Shown in pieces: positions 27,255 through 40,759 of a DNA stretch of 64,000 bases (positions are counted from its first letter, which is position 1; every line of letters begins with the position of its first letter). This stretch comes from Octopus vulgaris (taxonomy: Eukaryota), in NCBI GenBank assembly GCA_951406725.2, contig OX597824.1:41416001-41480000 (forward strand), in the 5' to 3' direction. The notes under the pieces are model-generated. The model was not told where the DNA came from and did no database searches. It was given only the letters and a program-made list of their open reading frames with translations. A program made the position numbers and the translations under genes.

Positions 27255-27625
27255 GACTAAAATAATGGAAAGAAAGCAGACGATTTATTTTGCTTGTAGA
27301 ATGCGCAAACACACGCACACACATACATATACAGCTAGAAAGAGAAGCACACACACAGACACAGACGCACCGTCGCACACTCAGACACACAAAAATGAGA
27401 GCATGTAGGAATTTATATCGTTTCAATTCTTTTGCTTTGTTTTGTTGTGGATGCTGCATTATTGTTATTTATTTTATTTATTCATTGGGAGATATGAATG
27501 AAAAACATTCTTCCAAATATGTGACACATTCTGAATGCAGACTGCGTGCATGTTGTCTTTTTGTGTGTATATGCACATTTCACGTATTTATGTGTTAGTG
27601 TGTTGCTACGTATCTGTGCGCACAT

Positions 27626-27680
<55 letters not shown>

Positions 27681-27794
27681 TATAAACGTGCGCACAGATA
27701 CGTAGTTAATAGCAAGCGCATACGTACATAAATATTTCTATTTGACTATAAGCACACGTAAGAAAGTATAAAGTTCGTTGTGTACATGCGCATA

Positions 27795-27852
<58 letters not shown>

Positions 27853-28764
27853 TGTGTGTGTGTATGTGTGTGTGTATGTATTTTATAGAAAAACAAAAGA
27901 CGAAAACAAATACACAGACACACATACACAAATACACACACACTGACACACGTGTGTGTGTTCATGTGTGCACACATGTATGTCTGAGTGCGTGGCACAT
28001 TTGTCTGCTAGGACGTTCCTCCATGTGCAGGTATGTAAGGTATTTTCTGTACAAGCATACACATTCACATATCATCATCGTCAGTGTGATGGCGGAAAGT
28101 AATGATGATATTGATGATGATGATCATCATCGTGATCGTCACCATCTTTCGTTGTCGCCATCGTCATCGTCGTCGTATGAGACGTTATGTGTATTTCGGT
28201 ATACCGATACTATTGTATCTCATTGTAGTAGTGGTGATGGTTGTAGTTGTGATGTGCGTCTCGCGTGTGTACGCGAGCGTGTGCGCGAGCATCTATGTAA
28301 ATATGCATGTCTGTATGTGTGTGATTGAGTGTATGAATATTTAAAATATGCTGTCGTTGTTATTATTTTACCTCGTCGTCAAAACAACCTGATAAAATCA
28401 GATCTATACATATACACATAGTATTGTTAATAGGCATAGTGTATCTTGGTCTACACTACTAAATGTAGCTTTCCATTTTTTTCTATGACTAAATGTGATT
28501 TGAGGAAGATTTGGTATGTCGATGCTTTGCCAGATTGCGTATACAGGTGTATCACATTCAAATTATGTGGTTTCGTGTAACGTCTTTTCCTGCTTTACGT
28601 CGATTTTTTTAAAAGGAATTAATGGATAAAAACAAATCTCACCTTTGGTCGGATCTTCTGTTATATCAGCGAACATATCTAAAATCATACAAATTTTAAA
28701 AAACACTCAAAAAACAATATTAAGGAAAGAAAGGAAAGTTCTTTCCCAATTCATGTCGATTCAT

Positions 28765-28970
28765 AAGTGCCGATTTCCATGATGTTTATATACCACCCGG
28801 ATGGGAAGCCAGTCCATCACAGGATTACTCATTTTTACCTGCTGAGTGAACTGGAGCAACGTGAAACGAAGTATTTTGCGCAAGAACACAACGCGTCGCC
28901 CATTCCAGGAATCGAAACCACAATTGTACAATCATGGAAACAATGTCCTAACCACTAAGCCACGCGTATC
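28765..28970 (-). mobile_element. Third tRNA-derived SINE type
   Basis: Minus strand gcgtggcttagtggttagg (A box)...ggtttcgattcc (B box)...gtgttcttgcgcaaaatact. Confidence 0.65.
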
Positions 28971-28988
28971 CGCAATGCTGAACTGGAT

Positions 28989-29435
28989 GGCGAGCTGGCA
29001 GAATCGTTAGCACGCCAGGCGAAATGCTTAGCGGTATTTCGTCTGCCGTTACGTTGAGTTCAAATTCCGCCGAGGTCGACTTTACCTTTCATCCTTTCGG
29101 GGTCGATAAATTAAGTACCAGTTACGCACTGGGGTCGATGTAATCGACTTAATACCTATGTCTGTCCTTGTTTGTCCCTTCTATGTTTAGCCCCTTGTGG
29201 GTAATAAAGAAATAGGTATTTCGTCTGCCGCTACGTTCTGCGTTCAAATTCCGCCGAGGTCGACTTGCCTTTTATCCTTTCGGGGTCGATTAAATAAGTA
29301 CCAGTTACGCACTGGGGTCGATATAATCGACTTAATCCGTTTGTCTGTCCTTGTTTGCCCCTCTCTGTGTTTAGCCCCTTGTGGGTAGTAAAGAAATAGG
29401 TATTTCGTCTGCCGTTATGTTCTGAGTTCAAATTC
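28989..29435 (+). mobile_element. SINE family A with tandemly reiterated body (about 2.2 copies)
   Basis: ggtatttcgtctgccg recurs at about 29033, 29215 and 29399. Core gcctttcatcctttcggggtcgataaa. Confidence 0.88.
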
Positions 29436-29749
29436 TGGCCATACTGGAGCATCACCTTGAAGAAATTTTTGTCCAATGAATCGATCCCAGTACTTATTTT
29501 TGTTCTGACGCCTGAGACTTATTCTATCGGTCTCTTTTGCTGAACTGTTAAATTACGGAGACGTAAACCACACCAACACATATTGTCAAGCGGTGGTGAC
29601 ATACAATCACAGGCACAAAGGCACACACACATGCACACACACTCACACACACACACATACACACACACACACATAAACGCAAACATACATACACACGCAG
29701 ACACGCGCACGCACGCAGACACGCGCACACACACACACATATACGCATA

Positions 29750-30380
29750 TTATATGAGAGGGATGACTACTATGTGGACAACCCTTATGCTAGAAGTAGA
29801 TCCGATATAGTCTTACCACTAAGAATTGTTCTCAAGAAAAAATTAGCAAACACCAGAACGTAAGCGAGCAAGACAAATGAAAAGTCAAAAATATAGATTA
29901 TTCACATACATGTTTCACTATTAACAGATTACGAAATTTTACTTACACAATTTGTCCGTAGATCTTCAGTGTGACCGTCCATACAAATATAATTTGCAGA
30001 ACTATATACGAGGACGTCTGCACAAGGTCAGACTTGTATCTAGATCTACCTATTACACTTGAGGTTATTTTTCAAAAGTCCTCGTTTTGGCGCGCTAAAT
30101 TACCGGAAAATAATACTGCAGAAAATAATTTACTGCAGTGGCTTTTTTCGGTTAGAGAACGTATAAATATAAATTTAAATTTAAAATGAGGGTGAGAAAT
30201 TGGATATAAATCTAATTAAGTTAACATCAATTTAACACCAGTGGTCTATCATATAAAATCTGAAGGTTCAGTAAATTGTATTATATACATATGAGAGGGA
30301 TGTTAATTTAATTAAATTAATATCCAATTTCTTACACTCATTTTAAATTCAAATTTAAATTAATACGTTCTCTAACCGGC
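29750..30380 (-). mobile_element. Hammerhead-bearing non-coding element, about 537-nt monomer plus inverted arm
   Basis: atatgagagggatg at 29752 and 30289. 30148-30230 is inverted at 30299-30378. Microsatellite flanks. Confidence 0.75.
29902..29974 (-). ncRNA. Type I hammerhead ribozyme with intact core
   Basis: UCACA-CUGAAGA-[U CUA...UAG U]-GAAA-CAUG-UA-UGUGA. Confidence 0.82.
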
Positions 30381-30393
30381 AAAATGCATATAC

Positions 30394-30465
<72 letters not shown>

Positions 30466-30585
30466 TATGTATGTGTGTGTGTGTGTGTGTATAATAATGA
30501 TATTAGGGAGTATAACCCGAAACTTACAGGGAAAAATTCAATTTAGTATTAAATCAAATTTCACAGTATAAATATATAAAATATA

Positions 30586-30646
30586 AATTAGAGATAAAAC
30601 CACTATTATGCAACTTGAGTTGCATAAAAGTGTTTTTATCTCTAAT
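30586..30646. repeat. Fold-back hairpin
   Basis: aattagagataaaac cact att atgcaact tg agttgcat aaa agtg tttttatctctaatt. Confidence 0.8.
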
Positions 30647-30652
30647 TAATAT

Positions 30653-30737
<85 letters not shown>

Positions 30738-31186
30738 GACGGACAGTTTCCATCTATCAAACCCGCTCACAAGGCTTTGGTCATCTCGAAATTATTGTTG
30801 AAGACACTTGCCGAAGGTACCACGCAGTGGAACTGGATCGGAAATCAAGTGGTTGGGAAACAAGCTTCTTACCACACAGTCGTGTCGAAGCCAGTATAGA
30901 TACAAGTGTGTGTGACCATGTGTGTTTTCAGTTTCAAATTTGGGATCACGATTTCAGTCCTGTAAATGTGTATTGGAGATGTGTATTCGCGTCTGTGTGT
31001 CTAGCTATAGTAGTGTGTTTATAACTACTAATTTACTTTCATGCCTATTTACATATGCACTAAATGTGTGTCTTTGTGTGTGTGTGCGTGTGCGTGCATG
31101 TGCGTATGAATATGTATGTATAAACATGCACCTAGATTCGTGTATATAAACAAGTATATTTATACATATATATGCATGTATGTGTG

Positions 31187-31228
<42 letters not shown>

Positions 31229-31300
31229 TATATACACACATAACTATTTTTTGTGTGTATGTGTGTTGTGGGGTGATGGTGCACGTATATATGTAGGTAT

Positions 31301-31352
<52 letters not shown>

Positions 31353-31449
31353 AACATACATACACAGACACATATATACATAGGCACACAAGCAGTAATA
31401 TATAATTCATCTTCATTTATCAGCTTCACCATCGCGTGGAACTTGTACA

Positions 31450-31770
31450 TGTTCGCATAAACAACAAGCTCCAGCCGTTTTCTTATCTTCTGTGGCATGA
31501 TATAGTTTCGTCTCTTCCGTATCCAGTATCATCTGTTAACCGAGAGAGTGTTGTCTTCTTAGGGCAACCAATGCGATTCCGATCATTTTTTTCCTTGGTG
31601 TCGAAAGTAGAGGGGCGGCATTAACCAGTTTCTCTCTATTTTTCCTGAAGTGTCCACCAAAGCTTACACTTCTTTATCTAATGCTGTCTGGTATTTAAGG
31701 GAGCTTATTTATTAAGATGTTCTCTCTCTTTAGCCTGGTGTTCTTTCCATATTGACTGCTATTCTTATTT
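31450..31770 (-). mobile_element. RTE-like LINE 3' fragment, decayed
   Basis: Frameshifted motifs REHLNNK...FGGH...RIGCPKKT...LTDDTGY. Confidence 0.5.
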
Positions 31771-32139
31771 AGAATGTACAGCTTTCCCCTACACACACAC
31801 ACACTCAAACATACACACATACACACATACACACACACTCAAACATACACACATACACACATACACACACATATATACACATGCACACACGCGCGCGCCC
31901 ACATACACACGCACACACACACATACGTACACACATACACGTACGCACACATACTACGTATGCACACACACATACGTACATACACATACATACACGTACA
32001 TACACACGCACACGTAAACACACATTCACACATACATACGTATACGCACACACACTCAAACAAACACACACGCACACGAATACACACGTACGTTCTCACA
32101 CAGATACTCACACATGCGATGGTTGTTTACTAGAGTTAA

Positions 32140-32700
32140 GCGGTACATTAAGATTATAATTTGCTATAGGGAAACTGTGTTGAAACCTGGGGAGGTGTTG
32201 TGAGAGTTGCAAATAATGCAGGATAGTGGCACGGAATCATGTTTTGCCAACGGAGCTTTTTGATTCCTATTTTACACAGGTGGACCCTCATAAACATTCC
32301 ATGTTTAAAAAAATCGTATTGTATTTGTATAATGAAATATTAGGAATTTATAATGAGATATTAAACTCCGAAGAATCATATACGATGTTGTCATTGAGTC
32401 GCTGTCTTCCATGGAAAAGCTTTATCTAACGAGGAATTGGTGCGTTAGGACAAGAACAACCGGAGAATAATAATGAGAATTCGGAAATTGCATCAATTTT
32501 ACTTAAATTGACTGCAAAGAATACAGCTAAAGGCTAAGTACCTATAGAGGAAAATCAGTAACTTTTAGTTAATAACAAACCTAATCGTGAATGTAAGAAA
32601 AATTACAAGAAGAGTTTACAATGAGCTCTCTCTGTTCCTACAAGAGAGATGATACACTATAAACATCAAACAATCTTGGATAAGATCTTCGCTCTTCAAT
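32140..32700 (+). mobile_element. Tigger/pogo transposase C-terminal remnant
   Basis: Frameshifted LSSHGKALSNEELV and TILDKIF resemble the Tigger C-terminal motifs (LLxSHxxELTNEEL, TLDxFF). Confidence 0.45.
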
Positions 32701-32889
32701 TAGATATTGCCGTTGATGAACTTTAAGATAAATAATAGAATACCTTATCATTCCAGTAACACTCATTCCGCTATCGCCACTTTTCACATCGTAGCCAATA
32801 TCGTTTTTGTTGACCTACTACAATATTACGATCCTAATTAATTCAAGTATGTATTTTTCGTCATTTAGCTTCTGTCTTTTATATTTCAC

Positions 32890-33487
32890 TTTGTTTGAGT
32901 CTTTAGACTGTGTCAATGCTGGAGCACCATATTCAGGAATTTTTACTCGAATAAATTTTTAGTCGAATGCATTTTTTGTCGACCCAGCCTGGTGCTTATT
33001 CTATCGGTCTCTTTTGCCGAACTGCGCTAATTGAACACCGAGACTTGTTATCAAGTAGTGGTGGGGGAAAAACACTAACACCAAGACACAGATACTCACT
33101 CAAACACACACAGAATCTTTTATTCTTGCATATTTTTGTACTTGTTTCAGTCATTTAGTCGAAGATATTTGTGATAAGCCACTGGTTTTATTCTTTGTAA
33201 ACCTAGCACTTATTCTATCGGTTTCTTTTGCCGACCCGCTAAGTTATGAGGATGTAAACACACCGACATCAGCTGTCAAGCAAGGGTCAGGGATAAACAC
33301 TGACACTCACATATACACACATATATGTATATACGACGGGCTTCTTTCAGTTTCTGTCTACCAAATTCACTCATAAGGCGTTTGTCGGCCCGACGCTATA
33401 GTAGAAGGTATTTGCAGAGATGCCACGCAATGGGACTGAACCTGGAACCATGTGGTTGGGAAGCAAGCTTCTTACCACACAGCCACG
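32890..33487 (-). mobile_element. Two adjacent SINE family B copies
   Basis: cttattctatcggt twice; the head ends cttcttaccacacagcca. Confidence 0.8.
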
Positions 33488-34136
33488 AGACCTCTTCATC
33501 TCTCTCTCTCTGTCTCTCTCTGTCTCTCTCTGTCTCTCTCTATCTATTTATCTATCTATCTAAATGAAAAACTGTATAAACAAACTACATAACGTATACT
33601 GAATGTAATATTGAACGGAAGACAAACAGAAGGTCCATAATTCTTCATCAGTTATCGATCAATTGGTAATGTTCAGTTTCGCACCTTGCGAAGAATTAGG
33701 GACAAGAGCAAACAAAACAAAACAAAATAAACAAAATGACACAGAGTGTGGTTTCGGATGGTAGACAAGGACGAACAGCCGAACAAAATGCGACCTTGCG
33801 GTCAAGGAGATGAGAATAGTGGGTAATACTTTGAAAATGTCTTGAAGGATGGAGAACGGAGAGGCAGAGAATTTGCGACTGGTCAGCTACGGGACCAGTG
33901 TAAGAAAGGAAGGAAAAGGGGAATTGGCCACGGGTCACGTGACAGCAGCAGGCAGAGGAGGAAGACAGCGAGAGAGAGAGGGAGAGGGAGCGACAGAGAA
34001 AAACAAGACAGAGATGAAGGGGATGGAAAAAGGCTAGGAATACAAGAGGGAGAGAGAGAAAAGAGTAAGTAGAAAGGATGGAATAGAAGATAGAGGCTGA
34101 GAGAAGGAAAAAGGCAAAGAATGAAGGCAAGAGAGA

Positions 34137-34186
<50 letters not shown>

Positions 34187-35451
34187 TATACATTCGATGC
34201 TTTCTTCCAAGGAATCTAATGCTCTTAGCTTAGTTTTTCCTTGGGGCTGGCCAGATTAGAGCAATCTCAAGATTTATCAGCCAAAATTGCGAGGATGATC
34301 CGGTTCTTGACTGAGGATAGAAATCTTCGAATGACCCGTCCTTGTTTTTTTGTATCGTCTATCTGGATGTTTTGCTGTCCCTTTTTGTATCACCTAGTTG
34401 TCCGAATGTTTTGCGTTCTTGTCCCATTTTGTATTTTATATATATATATATATATATGTATGTATACACATATAGATATGTACACATACATACAATAAGG
34501 AAGGAGTGAGGATATAGAAAGAGTGAAAGTAAACCGTGTTACTGTGTGCGCGCGCGCGTGGGTAAGAGACAGAGGAAATGAGGTAAAAATGTAAAAGAGC
34601 ATAGCAAAAAGAGATAGATAGATAAATAGATAGGTCGATAGACAACGAAGTTGGATGGTAGATTGATAGATAAAGGAATTGCGTTGGTTTGTGTGTGAAT
34701 GCGTATTGTTGTGTGTGTGTGCGTATGAGTGGACGCGGTTATGTGTGTGTGTGTGAAAAAGGAGAAAGGTGGACAAAGATAAAGAGAGAGAGAGAGAGAG
34801 AGTGAGAGAGCGAGAGAGAGAGAGAGTGAGAGAGAGAGAGAGAGAAGGGACAGAGAGTGGTGTGGATGTCAGTAAATCGCAGCAGTCTGGGCTGACATTG
34901 TTCAAATGTCTCCTTGTCATACACACAGGCGCGCGCACATGCACATACAGACACACACACACATACACACACACACACACACACACATACACAGACACAG
35001 ACACACACGCACAGACACACACACAGACACACATACACACACACATGCACGAAGACAGGCTCTGGTTCGTGCATACACATAAAAGAGACACAGCAACACA
35101 CACACACGGCAGCTTAAATGCGTCGTCCCTTCGCAGTCCTAAGGAATCATATTTAATTAGGGATGTTTAAAACCCTTGCTTCATGGATAGTGGTAATAGT
35201 AGTAGTGGTGGTGGTGGTGGTGGTGGTGATGGTGGCGGGAGCAGTGATTGTGATGGCGGGAAATAGTGACTGAGGTGGTGCAGTTAGTAATGGCGACATT
35301 TGGTGACTTTGGTGTGTGGTGATGGTGGTGGTGATGGTAACTGATTGTGACGGTGGTGATGGCGGTGGGGAGAAGCTGTGATTGAGGTGGTGCCGTTAGT
35401 AATAACATTAGTAACTTTGGTAATGATGGTGGTGGTGGTGGTGATGGTGGT

Positions 35452-35710
35452 GGTGGAAGGTGGTGATGGTAGTGGAAGGTTGTGATGGTAGTGGAAGGTG
35501 GTGATGGTGGTGGTGGTGATGGTGGTGGTGATGGTGGTGGAAGGTGGTGATGGTAGTGGAAGGTGGTGATGGTGGTGGAAGGTGGTGATGGTGGAAGGTT
35601 GTGATGGTAGTGGAAGGTGGTGATGGTGGTGGAAGGTGGTGATGGTGGTGAAGGTGGTGATGGTAGTGGAAGGTGGTGATGGTAGTGGAAGGTTGTGATG
35701 GTAGTGGAGG
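35452..35710. repeat. Minisatellite with about 18-bp unit (GGTGGTGATGGTAGTGGAA-like)
   Basis: Direct inspection. Confidence 0.85.
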
Positions 35711-36355
35711 GTGTTGGTGGTGGTAGTAGTGATTGTAGTAATTATGACATTATTAATACTAGTGCTGGTAGTGATGATGGTGGTGAAGGTGGTAATGATG
35801 CAGTAATAATAGTGTTGCCGATGGTAGTGTTTTATAGTGATGCAGGTTGATGATGATGATGGTGATGGTGGTGGTGGTGGTGGTAGTGGTAGCAGTAGTG
35901 GTACTGGTATAAAGGTATTGGTGGCGATGGTGGTAACAGTATTTGTGATGGTAGTAAAAAGAGCATTGGTAATGGCAGGGATGTACAGACGGAATTGTTA
36001 CCGTTAACTTGTATGAGTATTGGTGATAGTAGTTAACGGTAGTGAGGTTGTTTGACTTGGTATGTGAATTAGTGTGTGACAACGGTGGAAGTAAGACATA
36101 GTGGTGACTCTAATAATGGTGACGACGACGATGACGATGACGATGATGATGATGATCATGAGGAGGATGCTGATGCTGATGATGATCATGATCATGATCA
36201 TCATCATCATGAGGATGATGAGGATGATGAAGATGGTGATGATGATAAGGATGATGATGATGAGGATGAGAAGGGAGAGGGGGATAAGGATGAAGATGAA
36301 GATGATGAAGATGATGATGATGCTGAAGATGATAGCGAGGATGATGATGAATGGA

Positions 36356-36392
<37 letters not shown>

Positions 36393-36819
36393 CGACGACG
36401 AGGATGATGATGATGATGATGAGCAGGAGCAGGAGTAGGAGTAGGAGTAGGAAGGAGACGCGGATACGGGATGATGATGATAATGATGATGATGATGACG
36501 ATGACGATGATGACGACGATGACGATGATGCTGATGATGATGATGATGATGATGACGATGATGATGATGATGATGATGATAATGATGGTGTTGGTGATGA
36601 TGATGATGATGATGATGATGATGAGGAGGAGGAGGAAGAAGAAGGGGTGGCGGATAGAGGTGATAATTTCTATTATTTGCTTCAGGGAATCAAATGAGAG
36701 GTACATTACAAGAGTAGGGTACACTTTGTGTATGTGAGGGTGGTTGTGTAATGGAACTGCATAATAAAATTCGAAAGTAAAAGAAAGAGTGGGAGGTTGA
36801 AAATAATACTTCTATTATA

Positions 36820-37390
36820 GGCACAAGGCCTGAAATTTGGGGGTGAAGGAACTTGTTGATTACAGCGACCCCAGTACATGACCGGTACTTACTTTATAGA
36901 CCCCGAAAGGATGAGCTTCAAAATCGATCGCATATTTGAAGTTAGGACGTACCGACGGACGAAATGCCGCTAAGCATTTTCTCCGGCGTGCTAACGATTT
37001 TGCCAGCTCGTCGCCTTAATAATGCTTTCAAATTTTGGTGCAAGGCCAGCAGTTTGGGAACAGAAAGTACATGACCGGTACTTACTTTATAGACCTCGAA
37101 AGGATGAGCTTCAAAATCGATCGCGTATTTGAAGTTAGGACGTACCGACGGACGAAATGCCGCTAAGCATTTTCTCCGGCGTGCTAACGATTTTGCCAGC
37201 TCGTTGCCTTAATAATGCTTTCAAATTTTGGTGCAAGGCCAGCAGTTTGGGAACAGAGGGTAATTCACTTAAATCAACCCCAGTGAACAACTAGTACTTA
37301 TTTTATCGACCGCGAAAGGATGAAAGGCAAAGTCGACCTCGGCAAAATTTGAACTCAGAACGGAAAGACGGGCGAAATGCCGCTAAGCAT
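36820..37390 (-). mobile_element. SINE family A cluster including a near-perfect tandem duplication of about 193 bp
   Basis: gtacatgaccggtacttactttatagacc...gggaacaga at about 36874 and 37067. Confidence 0.85.
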
Positions 37391-37477
37391 TTAATAAAAA
37401 CCAGGATGCGTTGCATTCTGTTACTTAATAAGGGAAAAAAATGTATAGTAAATACACAAGCCGAAAGAAAACAACGT

Positions 37478-37622
37478 ATAATGAATGCACAGACGAACTG
37501 AAAAACATATATTGAAAACATATATAACGGAAAACGTACATAGAATGTCCATAATTCTATGTACGTTTTCCGTCCGTTTGTGCAATAATTATATGTTTTT
37601 CCGTTCGTCTGTGTACTCATTA
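37478..37622. repeat. Imperfect fold-back (MITE-like)
   Basis: acggaaaacgtacatagaat / attctatgtacgttttccgt and gcacagacgaac / gttcgtctgtgt. Confidence 0.75.
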
Positions 37623-37661
37623 TTCGTACTTTTACTTTTTCCTGTTTGTACATTTATTATA

Positions 37662-37692
<31 letters not shown>

Positions 37693-37740
37693 CTTCTTCT
37701 TCTTCTTCTTCTTCTTCTTCTTCTTCTTCTTCTTCTTCTT

Positions 37741-37771
<31 letters not shown>

Positions 37772-37966
37772 AAATAATAATAATAATATATATATATATA
37801 TATATATTCATACACACACACACTTATACACATATATATATGTATATACGTATGTGTGTGTGTGTGTGTGTTTTAAAATATTCCAAGAATACTATATTTG
37901 GAAGATTTAATTAGAATTAAAATATTTGGGAATTATTTATGTGAAAAATAGAGAAGCTTGAAGAAG

Positions 37967-37997
<31 letters not shown>

Positions 37998-38949
37998 CTG
38001 GCTTCTGTCAGTTTCCGTCTACCAAATCCACTCACAAAGACTTTGGTCTATTCTAGGCTTTAATAGAAGACACTTGCCCAATGTGCGACGCAGTGGGACT
38101 GAACTTGAAACCATGTGGTTGGGAAGCAAACTTTTCACCACACAGTCTTTATATATCAGTACCTCACATAAAGTGTTGCATATTTTTTATACTAAAAACA
38201 TCAGTTGAGTAGCTTAAAACGGTCTTTATACAACAAAAATCTGCCAGTTATGAAAACAGATATTATCACATCATCATTATGAATACCTACTTTTTCAAAA
38301 ATTAAACTTAAATATTGTTCTTTATTTTCGTCTTCATTTGTACGACTTTTTCCACAAAACTCTTTCGTATTAAAAAACTGACTGTAATGGAGTATGCGGT
38401 GTAGTATCTCCCCGTTTCTTTTCTTTTTTCTCAATCTCATATAAATCTGTTTCTCAGTTTTGCTGTTGTTTGTCTCTATGGCGATGGAGAAACTTTCTGT
38501 CCAAATCCTTTTACCCCCTTCCGTTAGTGAAAACAATAAAGATACTTCATGCATTTATTTCACTTAATTTTCTTTCCTTTAATTTTTCTTTTAATCAGAG
38601 TTCTTAACATTCGTGTGTAGCGATTTCAATCTTAATGGATTTCTTCAGTGCAAAGCCGTCAAGATCTATTACTTCAAATTATTGTCAACTTAACAGAACA
38701 AGAATGAAATACAGGGAGGTATATAATGAGAGTATTTCTTCAGTATAAAGGTATTATCGTTTACAATTCAATGATGGCGCAAGAGACGTTTCCATCTTAG
38801 CTGTTACTTCTCTCAAGACATAGTCTGGTTTGATCCCGCTAGATTTCTTCAGAACGATGTAGTCAGGTTTCTTACATTAAATTACATTATTTTAAACTTT
38901 ACAGAAGAAAGAGCAGTAAAGAACAGGGAGATATATAACTCTTTCTTCT

Positions 38950-39555
38950 ATAGGCACAAAACCTGAAATTTTGTGGGAGAGAGCTAACCGATTACATCGA
39001 TCCCAGTGTATAACTAGTATTTATTTCATCGACCCCGAAAGGATGAAAGGCAAAGTCGACCTCGGCAGAATTTGAACTCAGAATGTAAAAGACGGACTAA
39101 ATGCCGCTAAGCATTTTGCCTGGAGTGCTAACAATTCTGCCAGCTCGCTGGGAGATATATAATGAAAGTGCTTTTAAGGTTATCTCAACAAATTTTCTAT
39201 TGAAATTAGAGCCAGCACCAAAAAACATGACGTTTCGTATACGAATACGTCTATGTAAACAATGTGATCGAAGTGTACGTGTTTACGTCTCTGTGTCTCT
39301 TTAATACTCGCTTTTATATGTATGACACTCATTAAGGTGGCGAGCAGGCAGAGTTATTAGCACGTAGGGCAAAGTGCTTTGCGGCATTTCGTCCGCCTGT
39401 ACGTTTTGAGTTCAAATTCCGCCTAAATCAACTTTGCTTTACATACTTTCATCCTTTCGTAGACGATAAAAAAAAGTACTATTTGAACACTGAGGTCGAT
39501 TTAAACGACTTGGCTCCTGTCTCCAAACTACTGGCCTTGTGCTAAAATTTGAAAT
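38950..39555. mobile_element. Two SINE family A copies head to head (38950-39150 minus, 39337-39555 plus)
   Basis: Family core motifs occur in opposite orientations. Confidence 0.8.
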
Positions 39556-40520
39556 CTATATGTATGGCGCTCATTATATCAGCATGAGTGAATGTGTGTA
39601 TGTGTGCGTGTGTGCATGTGATGTGATGCGCTCGTGTGAATCTTGCATGTATATATGTGCGCCTGTATAAATGACCGTATGCTTGTATTATATATATAGA
39701 CAGGCAGGTAGGCAGGCAGGCAGACTGACAGAGAGACATACAGATAGATAGACAGATAGATACATAAATTGTTAGGTAGAAAGATAGATAGATATTCAAA
39801 TAATATGCTTTTGAGGGAGTTACTATCCAAGTTACGAAGTTCCGCTTCATAAGCTGTGGTATGGCCACACACAATTTAAAAACAATAGAAACTAGCTTGG
39901 AATTTGGAATTCAATAAAAGTTACATAAAAACAAAAAGAAAGACCATGATGAAAAGGGAATCAAGGTATATATATATAAATATATATATATAATAATTAT
40001 CACAATAGGAAGTTGAAAAGTGCAGATGTTATGGGTTGGGAGTGCATCTGTGAGTGTGTAATAAATGAAGTTGATGGAATCAGCATTTTTGGAAATGTAA
40101 AGATAAAAGGCATTTATAAATACCATGATGCTATATTTAGGGCTGGTTAAGGGAATGTGAGGCAAGATTGTATAGGGACATATTGTGAGAGAATTTATTG
40201 TGTAAATGTAGCTTAGCTGTCTGTTGTGTAAGTAATAAATTATAGGAGTCTGAATTGGTTGGCTTATGTTGGTGGGGGGATAAACGATTGCTTGTGATAA
40301 AGATGGCCCGTTTATGAGAGTGATGCATACGCATACACACTTATGCACTTAAGGAAAGAAACATAGACATATAAACCAATGGTTGTACATATATGTATAC
40401 ACACATATATATACAAACACACACACACATACACACATATATATATTTATGTATACATGTATGTTTATATATATATATTGTATCTCTATATATATGTATG
40501 CATACATATTTATACATTAA

Positions 40521-40596
<76 letters not shown>

Positions 40597-40700
40597 TATA
40601 TATGTAGGAGCTTGTGTGTGTGTATATATATATAAATATATATATGCATATAAATATTTGTGGATCTATGTCTATATATGTATGTATGCTGCATGTGTGC

Positions 40701-40756
<56 letters not shown>

Positions 40757-40759
40757 TCT

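Noticed and set aside
28989-29070. tRNA gene
   Set aside because: The A/B boxes belong to SINE heads and there is no complete cloverleaf.
34305-34345. CTGAGGATAGAAATCTTCGAATG
   Set aside because: No GAAA, stem III or closing stem I.
36076-36697. Acidic poly-Asp/Glu ORF resembling a biomineral protein
   Set aside because: It is a degenerate (GAT)n tract open in several frames, with no signal peptide or splice support.
38200-38900. ORF 38201-38554 and nearby KPDY repeats
   Set aside because: No recognisable protein. It may be a very decayed LINE endonuclease (IATxNVRTL-like across frameshifts), but the support is too weak.
39826-39901. TCCAAG...GAAACTAG-CTTGGA hammerhead-like outline
   Set aside because: CUGANGA and NUH are both broken, so it is too degenerate to support.
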